This document shows positions 1-9,697 of a stretch of DNA of 57,253 nt, in pieces. The DNA is from Gemmatimonadota bacterium (GTDB lineage Bacteria > Gemmatimonadota > Gemmatimonadetes > Gemmatimonadales > Gemmatimonadaceae): positions 1 to 57,253 of the forward strand of contig JBBTJT010000058.1 in NCBI GenBank assembly GCA_038059315.1. The letters run 5' to 3'. Numbering within the stretch: position 1 is the first letter of the stretch; each line of letters starts with the position of its first letter. A program made the position numbers and the translations under genes. The notes under the pieces are model-generated. The model searched no databases. It had not been told where the DNA came from and saw only the letters and a list, made by a program, of their open reading frames with translations.

Positions 1-100
1 CCAGCGTCGACTTCCCGGCACCCGGGGCGCCGGCGATGCCCAGCACACGACCGCCGCCGTCGATCAGCCGTTCAACTCGATCGATCAGCGCCCGGTCCAT
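1..100 (-). CDS. P-loop NTPase / nucleotide-kinase-like protein, N-terminal fragment (gene continues past left edge)
   Basis: Minus-strand ATG at 100..98. Translation [33 protein letters not shown] carries a Walker A GxxGxGKS motif. Not in the ORF track because no stop lies in the window. Confidence 0.6.
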   Translation of the reverse strand, partial: MDRALIDRVERLIDGGGRVLGIAGAPGAGKSTL

Positions 101-192
101 GCTGTCCCCACTCTGGTTTCAGCTGGGCCCGGCGCGGAGGTTCGGCGCGCTCGGCGCGGCATCCCGCGACAAGTACCGCCAGCAACGCCAAC

Positions 193-269
193 GATGACAG
201 ATGACGGAAGACAGATGACCGATGCGACTCCTCGGACATCCGTCCTCTGTCATCCGTCATCGGTGGTCG
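193..269. repeat. Palindromic array of 7-nt tandem repeats forming a long imperfect hairpin; probable terminator after the RNase gene
   Basis: Read directly: GATGACA GATGACG GAAGACA GATGACC GATGCGA (193-227), 7-nt spacer, then GACATCC GTCCTCT GTCATCC GTCATCG GTGGTCG (235-269). Arms 200-226 and 235-261 are about 85 percent complementary. Lies between the stop of 274..1890 and the start of 1..100, both minus strand. Confidence 0.7.
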
Positions 270-273
270 CACG

Positions 274-1890
274 TTATGCCACCGCGTACTGCTGCGTGAC
301 GTCGCGGCCGGCCCCCTTCACCACCAGCTTGAATTCGTCGGCGCGGAGCAGCGGATCGTCACGCATCTCGACGCCGAAACCGACCCCCTTCTCGAGCTTC
401 TTCATCAGGTCGGCTTCCTGCTCCAGCACGTACATCGCCGTGTCCGGGTGCAGGCGCACCACCAGGTGGTCGCGGCGTCCCTCGGCCGCCATGCGGCGCA
501 CGGAGCGTTCCATGCGGCGCACGATCGTCTCGGCCGTGAACACGCGCCCCGTGCCGTGGCAGGCGGGGCACGCCTCGGTCATCGACTGCAGGTGGCTCTG
601 CCGCACGCGCTGGCGCGTCATCTCGATGAGGCCGAGGTCGCTGACGGCGAAGGCCTTGGTGCGGGCACGGTCGCGCCCGAGGTGCATGCGCAGGTCCTGC
701 AGCACCTTGTCGCGGTTCTGCTTCGTCTCCATGTCGATGAAGTCGGCGACGATGATGCCGCCGAGGTCGCGCAGGCGCATCTGGCGCGCCACCTCGCGCG
801 CCGCCTCCATGTTGGTGCGCAGGATCGTCTTCTCCGGGTCCTTCTTGCCGGTGTAGCGCCCCGAGTTCACGTCGATGGAGACGAGCGCCTCGGTGGGCTC
901 GATGATCAGGTAGCCGCCCGAGGGCAGGTCGCAGCGCCGCTTGAAGAGGTCGCGGAGTTCCTGCTCGATGCCCGCGTGGTCGAACAGCCCCTTCTTGTCC
1001 TCGTACAGGTGCACGCGATCGGCGAGTTCCGGCGCGATGCCCGCGAGGTACTCGAGGATCTCGTTGTGCAGCTGGCGGGAATCGACGGTGAGGCTGTCGA
1101 TCTTGGTGGAGAAGAGGTCGCGGATGATGCCGCGCGTCAGCGACGTCTCGCGATGCAGCAGCTTGGGCGGCTTGCCCACGAACCGCGTCTTCTTGTTGAT
1201 GCGGCTCCACTGGCTGATCAGCGTGCTGAGTTCGCGCTGGAAGGTCTCCTGCGTGACGTCCTCGCCGACCGTGCGCACGATGACGCCGCCGGAGTTCTTG
1301 GGCATCACGCTCTCCACCTGGCCGCGCAGGCGCTGGCGTTCTGCGCGGTCGCCGATCTTGCGGGAGACGCCGACGCGCGACGCGAAGGGCATGTACACCA
1401 GGAAGCGCCCGGCCATGGAGACCTGCGCGGTGACCCGCGGCCCCTTGGTGGAGATGGGCTCCTTGGACACCTGGACGACGATCTCCTGCCCTTTCTTCAG
1501 GGCATCCTGAATCTGCGGCGGATCCTTGCGCCGGCGGCGCCCGCCTCCGCCACCCTTCTTCGGGGCTGCGGAGGGCTCGACGGTCGCCAGATCGGCGCTG
1601 TCGGGCTGGTCGACGTCCACCGGCTCGTCGCCGTCGTCCTCGGCATCGTCATCGTCGCCCTCGTCGTAGACGAGGTCGGAGTTGTGCAGGAAGGCGCTCT
1701 TGTCGGTGCCGATATCGACGAATGCCGCCTGCAACCCAGGCAGCACCGACTCGACCTTGCCCCAGTAGATGTCGCCGACCATCCGCCGTGTTTCCGGACG
1801 TTCGACCTGCAGCTCAACGAGCTGGTCGTCCTCGAGGATGGCCACGCGCACTTCGCGCTGGGTTGCCGAGATGAGGATTTCGCGTTTCAT
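274..1890 (-). CDS. rng: Ribonuclease E/G family endoribonuclease (538 aa)
   Basis: S1-domain N-terminus MKREILISATQREVRVAILEDDQLVELQVERPE...GDIYWGKVESVLPGLQAAFVDIG. Catalytic core YLIIEPTEALVSIDVNSG. CPACHGTGRV zinc-link motif. An acidic/Gly-Arg insertion (DDDDAEDDGDEP...KKGGGGGRRRRK) interrupts the N-terminal region. Confidence 0.9.
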   Translation of the reverse strand: MKREILISATQREVRVAILEDDQLVELQVERPETRRMVGDIYWGKVESVLPGLQAAFVDIGTDKSAFLHNSDLVYDEGDDDDAEDDGDEPVDVDQPDSADLATVEPSAAPKKGGGGGRRRRKDPPQIQDALKKGQEIVVQVSKEPISTKGPRVTAQVSMAGRFLVYMPFASRVGVSRKIGDRAERQRLRGQVESVMPKNSGGVIVRTVGEDVTQETFQRELSTLISQWSRINKKTRFVGKPPKLLHRETSLTRGIIRDLFSTKIDSLTVDSRQLHNEILEYLAGIAPELADRVHLYEDKKGLFDHAGIEQELRDLFKRRCDLPSGGYLIIEPTEALVSIDVNSGRYTGKKDPEKTILRTNMEAAREVARQMRLRDLGGIIVADFIDMETKQNRDKVLQDLRMHLGRDRARTKAFAVSDLGLIEMTRQRVRQSHLQSMTEACPACHGTGRVFTAETIVRRMERSVRRMAAEGRRDHLVVRLHPDTAMYVLEQEADLMKKLEKGVGFGVEMRDDPLLRADEFKLVVKGAGRDVTQQYAVA

Positions 1891-2288
1891 GAATTACCGC
1901 GCCGCACGCACGCGAGGGCGACCGCACTCGCGCCGCACGGCGGCGTGGCCAAAGGGTGGCGTGGCCCAGGGCGGAGTCCGTCACGAGGACGTCCTCACCC
2001 TGATGCACAACAGTCGGGATCATTCCCCTCGCGCGCACGATCGTCCATGCGAAAACCGCCAGAACCTCGTCACCTGTCGCCAACGCTGCAGCGAGCAGCG
2101 TCAGGAAGGCACGGGTCGGGACAGTACGGCCTCGCCTGCGATCGGGCACCATCGTTCTCCGCCAGACGCGAGAAGGGATTCGTACCCCGGGGCACGCGGT
2201 CGCCAGCTCCGGGGGGCCTGCCTGCGGTCAGAAACCCGCCTTGGATGGGTAACGGCTGGCAAGCCGCAACGCAATGGGGGCGCAGGGG

Positions 2289-3506
2289 TTAGGCGTTCAG
2301 CGATTTCAGGAGATGACGGGCGATCACCACGCGCTGGATTTCGCTGGTCCCCTCGCCAATTTCGCAGACCTTGGCATCGCGCATCATCCGCTCGACGGGG
2401 TAGTCCTTGGTGTAGCCGTAGCCGCCGTGCACCTGCACGGCCTTGAGGGTCGCCCGCATGGCCAGCTCGGAGCAGAAGAGCTTGGCCATCGCCGCCTCCT
2501 TGCCGTACGGCCTCCCCTGCTGGGCAAGCCACGCGGCGTGATACATGAGGTGCTTGCCGGCCTCGATCTCCGTGGCCATGTCGGCCAGCTGGAACGAGAT
2601 CCCCTGGAAGTGCGCGATGGGCTGCCCAAACTGCCGGCGCTCCGCGCTGTACTTCAGCGCCTCGCCCAGCGCACCCTCGGCGAGGCCCAGCGAAAGGGCG
2701 GCGATGCCGACGCGACCGGCATCGAGCGTCTTCATGAAGTTGACGAAGCCCATCCCCTCTTCCCCGAGCAGGTTCTCGGCCGGAACCTCGACGTCCTCGA
2801 AGATCAGTTCGCGCGTGTCGGATGCGCGCCAGCCCAGCTTGTCTTCCTTCTTGCCCGAGCGGAATCCCTTCATGGACGGCAGCGTGGCGCTGTGCCCGAC
2901 ACCCGCCTGGCGCGCCGCCTCGAGATCGCAGGTTTCCTTGGTCAGGATGAACGAACTGATGCCCTTCGTGCCGCGCGACGGATCGGTGACGGCCGTCACC
3001 ACGAAGATCTCCCCGACCCCGCCGTGCGTGATGAAGCGCTTGGTGCCGTTGAGCAGGTAACATCCGCCCTTGCGCACGGCGGTCGTCCGCGTGGCGCCGG
3101 AATCGCTGCCGGCTCCCGGCTCGGTCAGGCCGAAACCGCCGAGCACCGTGCCCGAGGCCAGCAGCGGGACGTACTTCTCCTTCTGCGCCGGCGTCCCGAA
3201 GTGCACGACGGGCGACGTTCCCAGCGTGGTGTGCGCCGAGATGGTGATGGCGTGCGACGCGCAGACCTTGGCCATCTCCTGAATGGCGCTCACGTAGGCG
3301 AGGGTGTCGAACCCGCTGCCGCCGAGCGATTCGTCCCACGGAATGCCGAGCAGCCCCAGTTCGCCCATGCGCTTGACGGTTGCCCAGGGAAAGTCCTGCG
3401 ACTCGTCGAACCGGGCGGCAATCGGCGCGACTTCATCGCGGGCGAACGCCCGGACCATCTCGCGCACCGCGAGATGTTGTTCGTTGAAGTAGAGACTGTC
3501 GTCCAT
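2289..3506 (-). CDS. Acyl-CoA dehydrogenase (405 aa)
   Basis: ORF 2289..3812 trimmed to the ATG at 3506 ([35 protein letters not shown]). ACAD signatures [10 protein letters not shown] and [34 protein letters not shown]. Starts 7 nt after the stop of the upstream U32 gene. Confidence 0.9.
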   Translation of the reverse strand: MDDSLYFNEQHLAVREMVRAFARDEVAPIAARFDESQDFPWATVKRMGELGLLGIPWDESLGGSGFDTLAYVSAIQEMAKVCASHAITISAHTTLGTSPVVHFGTPAQKEKYVPLLASGTVLGGFGLTEPGAGSDSGATRTTAVRKGGCYLLNGTKRFITHGGVGEIFVVTAVTDPSRGTKGISSFILTKETCDLEAARQAGVGHSATLPSMKGFRSGKKEDKLGWRASDTRELIFEDVEVPAENLLGEEGMGFVNFMKTLDAGRVGIAALSLGLAEGALGEALKYSAERRQFGQPIAHFQGISFQLADMATEIEAGKHLMYHAAWLAQQGRPYGKEAAMAKLFCSELAMRATLKAVQVHGGYGYTKDYPVERMMRDAKVCEIGEGTSEIQRVVIARHLLKSLNA

Positions 3507-3513
3507 GAACTCC

Positions 3514-6060
3514 TCAGACGGCGCGGGCGAAATGTCCGCGCGTGTATTGGTCACCAAGAACCGTGCGCACCGCATCGACAGCCGGCGACTCGCCCGCCAC
3601 CAGTGCATCGAGCATCTGCCGATACGCGCGGATGATCGCCGACACGTCGGCACCGCGCACGTTGAACACGGCCCGATAGCCCCGCACGCCGCCGCGCCAC
3701 AGTCGCGGCAGGTACTGCGCGCCGTCGATGGGGCGCGAGTGCAGCAGGCGGTTGCGACAGGCGCTGTCGGTGGCCACCGGGAACTGGTAGCCCGTGGGAT
3801 CGGTGAGCGCAACGTTCGCGTGCTTCTGCACGCACAGGTCGCGGCACGTCGTCACCTCGCGGTCGAACGCCGCGGAAAGCACGCAGTGCTCGAGCGTCAT
3901 TCCCTCGGGGCGCCCGTAGAGCAGGACGTCGAACCCCTCGCCGTTCCACGGCGACACCAGCTGCGTGATCTCGTCGGCAGTCAGCTCGATGGACGCGGTG
4001 ATGCGCCGCGCGCCGAGGGCGAAGTACTCGCGCGCCGTGTGCGCGTTGAAGCAGTTCACGGCATAGTCGGCCGTGACGTCGCGTCCCGCGCCGCCGAGTT
4101 CGGCGATGAGCCCGAGGTGTCCGCTGAGGAGCGGCAGTCCGAGGTCGAGCCACTTCTGCAGCGCGCGCCGGTCTTCGGGCCGCACGATGCTCGGGGTGCG
4201 CAATCGCAGCGTGATCCCCTGCCCCTCCAACTCGGCGGCCAGCGTCCTGACGCGGGCGAGCGGGGGCGCCGGGTGACGCAGGAAGGGGTCGAAGACAATC
4301 TCGGTGGCGCCCGCCGCGGCAGCTGCGCTGGCATCGTCGAGATTGAAGACTTCGGCGGCAAGCGTGAACGGCGGGCTCGTCGTCGCCGAAGCGGCGCTCG
4401 CCGCCGCCGCGGCGTTCGCCGCCGCCGCGGGTGCCGTGCGCGACGCGGGAGTCGTGACCGCCGCGGGCAGAGCGACCACCGCACGGATCCGTTCGCCTCG
4501 CTCCGCAAGCACGGCGCTTCGCGCCCAATCGCGCTGGACGAGCAGTTCGTCCGTGGCCCGCTGGCGCATGCGGTTGAGTTCGGAGACGGGGAGGAACAGG
4601 TTCGCGGCGAGTCCGGACCCGTCGACGTCCCGGAGCTCGAACGGAGTTTCGCCCAAGCGACCGAACTGCTCGCGAAGCTGGGCCGCGCCGAGCGCGCGCC
4701 TGGTCGCCGGGGCGAGCGTGGCGCCGGACAGCTGAGTGACCTGCGCACCGTCGGCGTCGAACATCGCCTTCAGCGGAGCGCCGGCTGTGCCGAACACCCG
4801 CACATCGAGCATGACGCGCGGGATCCGGCCGGCGTCGGCGAGCGCGGCGAAGGACGCACGGGCGTGCTCGAGCAGCTGCAGGTCGCTGGTGCGGAAGACC
4901 CGCCAGCCCAACGGCACGCGCGAGCGCCCGGTGACGGCCTGCCGCAGCAGCGCGCCATGGCGATGGACGGTGCGCACTGCACCCACGGCAAACCCCGTGC
5001 TCTCGGCGTGTCCGCCCGCTGGAGGCTCGAACCCCAGGCCGTCACCGACGTTGATGGGCGAGGTGACATCCACCAGCAGTTCGCCGTTCTCGTAACCGGT
5101 GACGACGCCGAGCTCGAGCCCGTGATTGTCGGGTTGAGTGCGCGTGATGTACTCGCGGCCGGCGCGGCCACCGTACATGCCGCCGGTGAAACCGCGACTG
5201 AAGATCTGCACGAGCGGGCGCGTCTCCTCGAACGTCGGCGGCGCAAACGTGCCCCGCTCCACCCGATCGAGCCACTCACGGTATCCCCTGGTGACCGTCG
5301 CCACGTACTCGGGCTTCTTTTTGCGCCCCTCGATCTTGAGGCAGCCCACTCCGGCGTCGGCGATTTCGGCGAGATGGTCAAACGCGCCAAGGTCCTTGGC
5401 CGAGATCAGGTAGCCGCGATCGAGTTCCTCCCCCGAGTCGAGGTCGGCGAGGACGTAGTCCTTGCGGCAACTCTGGGCGCACGATCCGCGGTTGGCGCTG
5501 CGCTCGGAGATCATCCCCGACATGAAGCACTGGCCGCTGTAGGCGATGCACAGCGCGCCATGCACGAAGGTCTCGAGGCCGAGGTCGGGGACGGCCGCGC
5601 GGATGCCCCGGATGTCGTCCAGCGTGTTCTCGCGGGCCAGCACCACGCGTTCGACGCCGAGGCGCCGCATCACGCGGGCGCCGCTCTCGTCGTGCACCGT
5701 CATCTGGGTGGAGCCGTGGATCTCGAAACCGGGATACACCACTTGGATGAGGCGCACGAGGCCGACGTCCTGCACGATGGCGGCGTCGATGCCCCGGTCG
5801 ATGCCCGCACCCAGGTAGGTCAGGCAATCGCCGAGTTCGGCGGGCTTCACCAGCGTATTGAGCGTCATATAGACCCGCACACCGCCTTCGTGCGCGATCT
5901 GGCAGGCGGTGGCGAGTTCATCGAGGGAGAGCTGGGCGCCCTCGTCGCGGGCGTTGAAGCGCGACGCGCCGAGGTAGACCGCATTGGCCCCGTTGGCGAC
6001 GGCGGCCCGCACGGCGTCGAGGCTTCCGGCCGGGGAGAGGAGTTCGGGGGCGCTGAGCAT
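3514..6060 (-). CDS. U32-family protein, double-length (848 aa): N-terminal U32 core with Fe-S type Cys motif, Ala-rich linker, second U32-like half
   Basis: ORF 3514..6156 trimmed to the ATG at 6060 ([31 protein letters not shown]). CX6CX15CX3C motif [28 protein letters not shown] and [11 protein letters not shown]. Linker [23 protein letters not shown]. The C-terminal half repeats a TIM-like U32 pattern ([16 protein letters not shown]). Confidence 0.85.
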   Translation of the reverse strand: MLSAPELLSPAGSLDAVRAAVANGANAVYLGASRFNARDEGAQLSLDELATACQIAHEGGVRVYMTLNTLVKPAELGDCLTYLGAGIDRGIDAAIVQDVGLVRLIQVVYPGFEIHGSTQMTVHDESGARVMRRLGVERVVLARENTLDDIRGIRAAVPDLGLETFVHGALCIAYSGQCFMSGMISERSANRGSCAQSCRKDYVLADLDSGEELDRGYLISAKDLGAFDHLAEIADAGVGCLKIEGRKKKPEYVATVTRGYREWLDRVERGTFAPPTFEETRPLVQIFSRGFTGGMYGGRAGREYITRTQPDNHGLELGVVTGYENGELLVDVTSPINVGDGLGFEPPAGGHAESTGFAVGAVRTVHRHGALLRQAVTGRSRVPLGWRVFRTSDLQLLEHARASFAALADAGRIPRVMLDVRVFGTAGAPLKAMFDADGAQVTQLSGATLAPATRRALGAAQLREQFGRLGETPFELRDVDGSGLAANLFLPVSELNRMRQRATDELLVQRDWARSAVLAERGERIRAVVALPAAVTTPASRTAPAAAANAAAAASAASATTSPPFTLAAEVFNLDDASAAAAAGATEIVFDPFLRHPAPPLARVRTLAAELEGQGITLRLRTPSIVRPEDRRALQKWLDLGLPLLSGHLGLIAELGGAGRDVTADYAVNCFNAHTAREYFALGARRITASIELTADEITQLVSPWNGEGFDVLLYGRPEGMTLEHCVLSAAFDREVTTCRDLCVQKHANVALTDPTGYQFPVATDSACRNRLLHSRPIDGAQYLPRLWRGGVRGYRAVFNVRGADVSAIIRAYRQMLDALVAGESPAVDAVRTVLGDQYTRGHFARAV

Positions 6061-6336
6061 TGGAGGTAAGATAGCAGCGGCCGACGGCAGTGCCGGGTTG
6101 GCGCGAGATCGCGCGGGAATCGGCCAAGCCCTTCCCCGGGGTGGCAATGTGCACACGGGCGATGGCGCACGGACTCGTCGGTGAAGCCCCTACGTAGAAC
6201 TCTCAAATAACCGACTGACAACGACTTCGCTCGCTCCCATACTCTCTCATCGCCCCGCCGTCCCGCGGCGATGCGAGGATTGGCCGAAAGGACGAGTGAG
6301 CGACTCATTTCAGTAATTGCACACTAGGAGAGTGCC

Positions 6337-7299
6337 ATGACAGATAGCACGCGTCGAGGTAGTGGAAGTCGCATGGCGGGGCCAGCGTTCTGGCTCGCGT
6401 GTAGTGTGCTTGCCGGAGCCGTGGCGTTCGCCCCGGCGGGAGCGCAGCAAAACAAGCCGGCGCCGAAGGCTGCAGTTGCGGGGGACGCCGGGACGTATAT
6501 CGGCGAAGAGACATGCCTTGGCTGCCACGAGAACAAGAAGGGGAGCAGGAGCCTGCATGCGAAGGTCGCCGACTCGCGGTCACCATCCGGCGGCAAGGGC
6601 TGTGAGAGCTGCCACGGCCCCGGCAGCAAGCACGCGGACGATCCGGAGAAGGTGAAGCCGATGCAGTTCGGCAAGGTCAGCGCCGTCGAGGCGTCGGCCG
6701 CCTGCACGACGTGCCACTCCACGAGCGGGCACGCCTTCTGGGCGAACAGCAAGCACGAAGCCCGCAACGTCTCCTGCACGTCGTGCCACAGCGTCCACTC
6801 ATCCAAGGGCGCGGTGCTGATGAAGGAGGCCACGCAGACCAAGCTCTGCGCCTCGTGCCACCAGGCGATCGTCAACAAGCTCAACCGCTTCAACCATATG
6901 CCGGTGCGCGAAGACAAGATGGCCTGCTCGGGGTGCCACAACGTGCACGGCTCGGCCAACGTGAAAATGCTCAGGGCCGGCACAAACGTCGACCAGAGCT
7001 GCACGAGCTGCCACACCGAGAAGCGTGGTCCCTTCCTGTGGGAGCACGCCCCGGTGGCCAACGCCTGCGTCACCTGCCACGACCCGCACGGGTCGAGCAA
7101 TGACCGCATGCTCGTCGCCAAGCAGCCGTATGTCTGCCAGCGCTGCCACGTCACCTCGCGGCACCCACCGACGGTCTACGACGGCTTCGTTCGAACCACC
7201 TCACAGAGCGCGAACAAGATCACGGGCCGCTCCTGCTTGAACTGCCACCAGCAGATTCACGGGTCCAATTCACCCAATGGCCGGGCGTTCCTACGCTAA
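6337..7299 (+). CDS. mtrA: Periplasmic decaheme c-type cytochrome, MtrA/DmsE/PioA/MtoA family (320 aa)
   Basis: Ten CXXCH motifs (CLGCH, CESCH, CTTCH, CTSCH, CASCH, CSGCH, CTSCH, CVTCH, CQRCH, CLNCH). Signal peptide ending APAGAQQ. Colinear with recalled Shewanella MtrA blocks CTSCHTEKRGPFLWEHAPV..CVTCHDPHGSSND.ML and C-terminal GRSCLNCHQQIHGSNSPNG. AGGAGAG Shine-Dalgarno 5 nt before the ATG. Confidence 0.9.
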   Translation: MTDSTRRGSGSRMAGPAFWLACSVLAGAVAFAPAGAQQNKPAPKAAVAGDAGTYIGEETCLGCHENKKGSRSLHAKVADSRSPSGGKGCESCHGPGSKHADDPEKVKPMQFGKVSAVEASAACTTCHSTSGHAFWANSKHEARNVSCTSCHSVHSSKGAVLMKEATQTKLCASCHQAIVNKLNRFNHMPVREDKMACSGCHNVHGSANVKMLRAGTNVDQSCTSCHTEKRGPFLWEHAPVANACVTCHDPHGSSNDRMLVAKQPYVCQRCHVTSRHPPTVYDGFVRTTSQSANKITGRSCLNCHQQIHGSNSPNGRAFLR

Positions 7300-7316
7300 G
7301 GGAGAGAGAGACTGCG

Positions 7317-9677
7317 ATGCGCAATAAATACATGATCTCGGCCGCGCTCCTGTTGCTCGCCTCCGCCAGCGTGGCGGATGCGCAGCAGACGGCCGCGGCG
7401 CCGGCAAAGGCTCCGGCATTGGAACAGAGATGGGAGCTCGGCTTCCGTGGCACGACGACGACCGGCGACGAGGCCCGCTATGAGCGGTACCGGGACCTCC
7501 AGAGCGGGCTCGCCAGCAAGATCTGGCTTGGCAAGGAAACCGACGCGGTGGCGTATGACTTCAGCGCCGCCAACGTCGGCTACAACGACCAGGCATATGC
7601 CTTCAACTACAACAAGTTCGGGAAGATGAAGTTCACGGCGGAGTTCACCGGCCAGCCGCTGAACTACGCCTACAACACGCTGACACCCTTCACGTACGCC
7701 GGGAACAACAAGTGGACGCTCGATGCGGCCACCCGCACCCGCGTGCAGAACAAGGAAGCCGGCGTCGTCGGCATTGCGAACAGCGCCGCGACGGCCCTGA
7801 CGGGGTCGATCTACCGCGGCCTCGCCACCAACTTCCCGATGTCGGCGCAGCGCGATGCGTTCTCGGCCGGCATGCAGTACCGCGTGACCGAGATGGCCGC
7901 GGTCGACGTCGCGTTCAAGACGACGAAGAAGAGCGGCAACCAGCCGTGGGGCGCTTCCTTCGCGTTCAGCGACGCCAATGAAGTCCCGATGGCGCTCGAC
8001 AACCGGACCACGGAGTTCACAGCCGGCGTCGAGGTGAACAAGCCGCAATACGGCATGCTGCGCGCCGAGTATCAGGGGTCGTTCTTCACGAACAACTTCC
8101 TGTCGATGGAGTGGGACAACCCGCTCCGCGCCACGGACTACACGAACGGCAAGCCGGCCACGTCCACGAGGAGCGGTCCGTGGGACAACAGCGGCTACAG
8201 CAACGCCAACGGCCCGGCGTTCGGCCGCATAGCGATGGCGCCGAGCAACCAGATGAACACGTTCCGCGTCTACGGCCTCTACAAGATGCCGGGGCACACG
8301 ACGCTGAACGGCCACCTGTCGTTCACCAAGATGTCGCAGGACGAGGACATCATTCCATTCACCACCAACACGGTGATCGCGAACTCGGCGGTGTACGCCA
8401 TCTTCCCTGGCCTGGCGGCGCTGCCGCGCCCCACGGCGAACGCCACCGTCAACGGCCTGAACGCGGTGATCAACTTCGCCACGCGGCCCACTGACTACTT
8501 CGCGTTCGACATGAAGTACCGGTTCGACGACCACGACAACGTGACCCCGACCTGGGACTACACGTACAACGTCCGGTTCGACGCGGTGCCGGAATACACG
8601 CCGGGGTTGGCTTCCCACGGCCTGGACATCCGCCAGAACACCATGGAAGCCGGGGCGACGTTCACGCTGCCCCACCGGGGCACGGCGCTCAAGGTCGGCT
8701 ACATCATGGATGACGTGAAGCGCGGTGGGCGGGCGTTCAGCGACATGACGGACTACACGTTCCGCGCCTCGCTCGATGCCTACCAGAACCAGTACTTCAA
8801 CCTCCGTGGCATCGTCGAGAGCACGCGCCGCATCGGCAGCGGGTTCTCCCTCGAATATCTCGAAGAGGGCGGCGGTCAGAACGCCCTGCGCTTCTATGAC
8901 GAAGCCGACATGGATCGTCTCAAGAGCACGCTCATCCTGACGCTCACGCCGTCGAGCAAGCTCGACGTCAACCTGTCGCTCAACACGATCGACGACGAGT
9001 ACACGGGCGAGGGGCACGAGTTCGGCCTGCTCAGCAGCAAGAACACGTCGGTGAACCTGTCAGCGAACTTCTACGCCAATGACAAGGTCACCTTCGGCGC
9101 CATGTACGGGCTGGACAAGTATTCGTCCAACCAGGCCTCGCGCAACGCCAGTCCGCCGACCACGACGCCCGGTGCGTACGACAGCTGGAGTGACCCGAAC
9201 CGCAACTGGTACCTCGACAACGACGAGGACGTGAAGAGCGCCGGCGTCTGGGTGGACCTGCTCCAGGCCCTGCCCGACACCGACATCCGCTTCGCGTTCA
9301 ACTACAGCGATTCGGACAACGGGTTCGACATGTTCGGCCCGCGCATCAACCAGTTCCTGGCGCCCGACAACGTGGCGCTGCGGACGACGGGCGACAGCCG
9401 GGCGTGCTCGACGGGCATCACCGTCTGCTACATCCCGCAGCCCAACGTGACCAACACGTGGTCGCAGCTGAAGGTCAGCCTGAGGCACATGTTCCGCCCG
9501 ACGATGGGCGTGGGCCTGGGCTATCAGTATGAGAAGCTCGAGATCGTCGATTTCGCGACGACGGACCTCGCTCCCGGCGTGCCGCGCATGGACCCGCTCG
9601 GCGTGATCTCCACGGGCTACGGCAACCGCCCGTACACGGGCGGCACGTTCATTGCCCGGTTGATCTACATGTTCTAG
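7317..9677 (+). CDS. mtrB: MtrB/PioB/MtoB-family outer-membrane beta-barrel porin partner of the decaheme cytochrome (786 aa)
   Basis: Starts 17 nt after mtrA, with a GGGAGAGAGAG Shine-Dalgarno. Signal peptide MRNKYMISAALLLLASASVADAQQ. Tyr/Asn/Gly/Phe-rich alternating composition and C-terminal ...ARLIYMF (aromatic OMP terminus). Size and gene order match the MtrB/PioB family. Confidence 0.8.
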   Translation: MRNKYMISAALLLLASASVADAQQTAAAPAKAPALEQRWELGFRGTTTTGDEARYERYRDLQSGLASKIWLGKETDAVAYDFSAANVGYNDQAYAFNYNKFGKMKFTAEFTGQPLNYAYNTLTPFTYAGNNKWTLDAATRTRVQNKEAGVVGIANSAATALTGSIYRGLATNFPMSAQRDAFSAGMQYRVTEMAAVDVAFKTTKKSGNQPWGASFAFSDANEVPMALDNRTTEFTAGVEVNKPQYGMLRAEYQGSFFTNNFLSMEWDNPLRATDYTNGKPATSTRSGPWDNSGYSNANGPAFGRIAMAPSNQMNTFRVYGLYKMPGHTTLNGHLSFTKMSQDEDIIPFTTNTVIANSAVYAIFPGLAALPRPTANATVNGLNAVINFATRPTDYFAFDMKYRFDDHDNVTPTWDYTYNVRFDAVPEYTPGLASHGLDIRQNTMEAGATFTLPHRGTALKVGYIMDDVKRGGRAFSDMTDYTFRASLDAYQNQYFNLRGIVESTRRIGSGFSLEYLEEGGGQNALRFYDEADMDRLKSTLILTLTPSSKLDVNLSLNTIDDEYTGEGHEFGLLSSKNTSVNLSANFYANDKVTFGAMYGLDKYSSNQASRNASPPTTTPGAYDSWSDPNRNWYLDNDEDVKSAGVWVDLLQALPDTDIRFAFNYSDSDNGFDMFGPRINQFLAPDNVALRTTGDSRACSTGITVCYIPQPNVTNTWSQLKVSLRHMFRPTMGVGLGYQYEKLEIVDFATTDLAPGVPRMDPLGVISTGYGNRPYTGGTFIARLIYMF

Positions 9678-9697
9678 TCTCTTGCGCGTTGGACCAG

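Noticed and set aside
2170-2205. tRNA-like T-arm impression (GGGGTACGAATCCC) in the rng upstream gap.
   Set aside because: It lacks the canonical GTTCRA T-loop, and I found no acceptor, D or anticodon arms in the flanks. I saw no tRNA, rRNA, tmRNA or RNase P-like sequence anywhere in the window.
3505-6069. 854-aa plus-strand ORF, and similar very long ORFs such as 448..2292 (+), 7296..9017 (-), 27760..29841 (+), 28938..30677 (+), 34655..36940 (+), 37646..39178 (+), 44748..46514 (+), 47487..49166 (-), 49445..50869 (-) and 55421..57082 (-).
   Set aside because: Each lies antisense to, or out of frame with, a gene that has strong family motifs. Their translations are Arg/Ala/Gly/Pro-rich low-complexity strings, typical of stop-codon-poor shadow frames in high-GC DNA. 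They have no motifs, no Shine-Dalgarno and no sensible boundaries.
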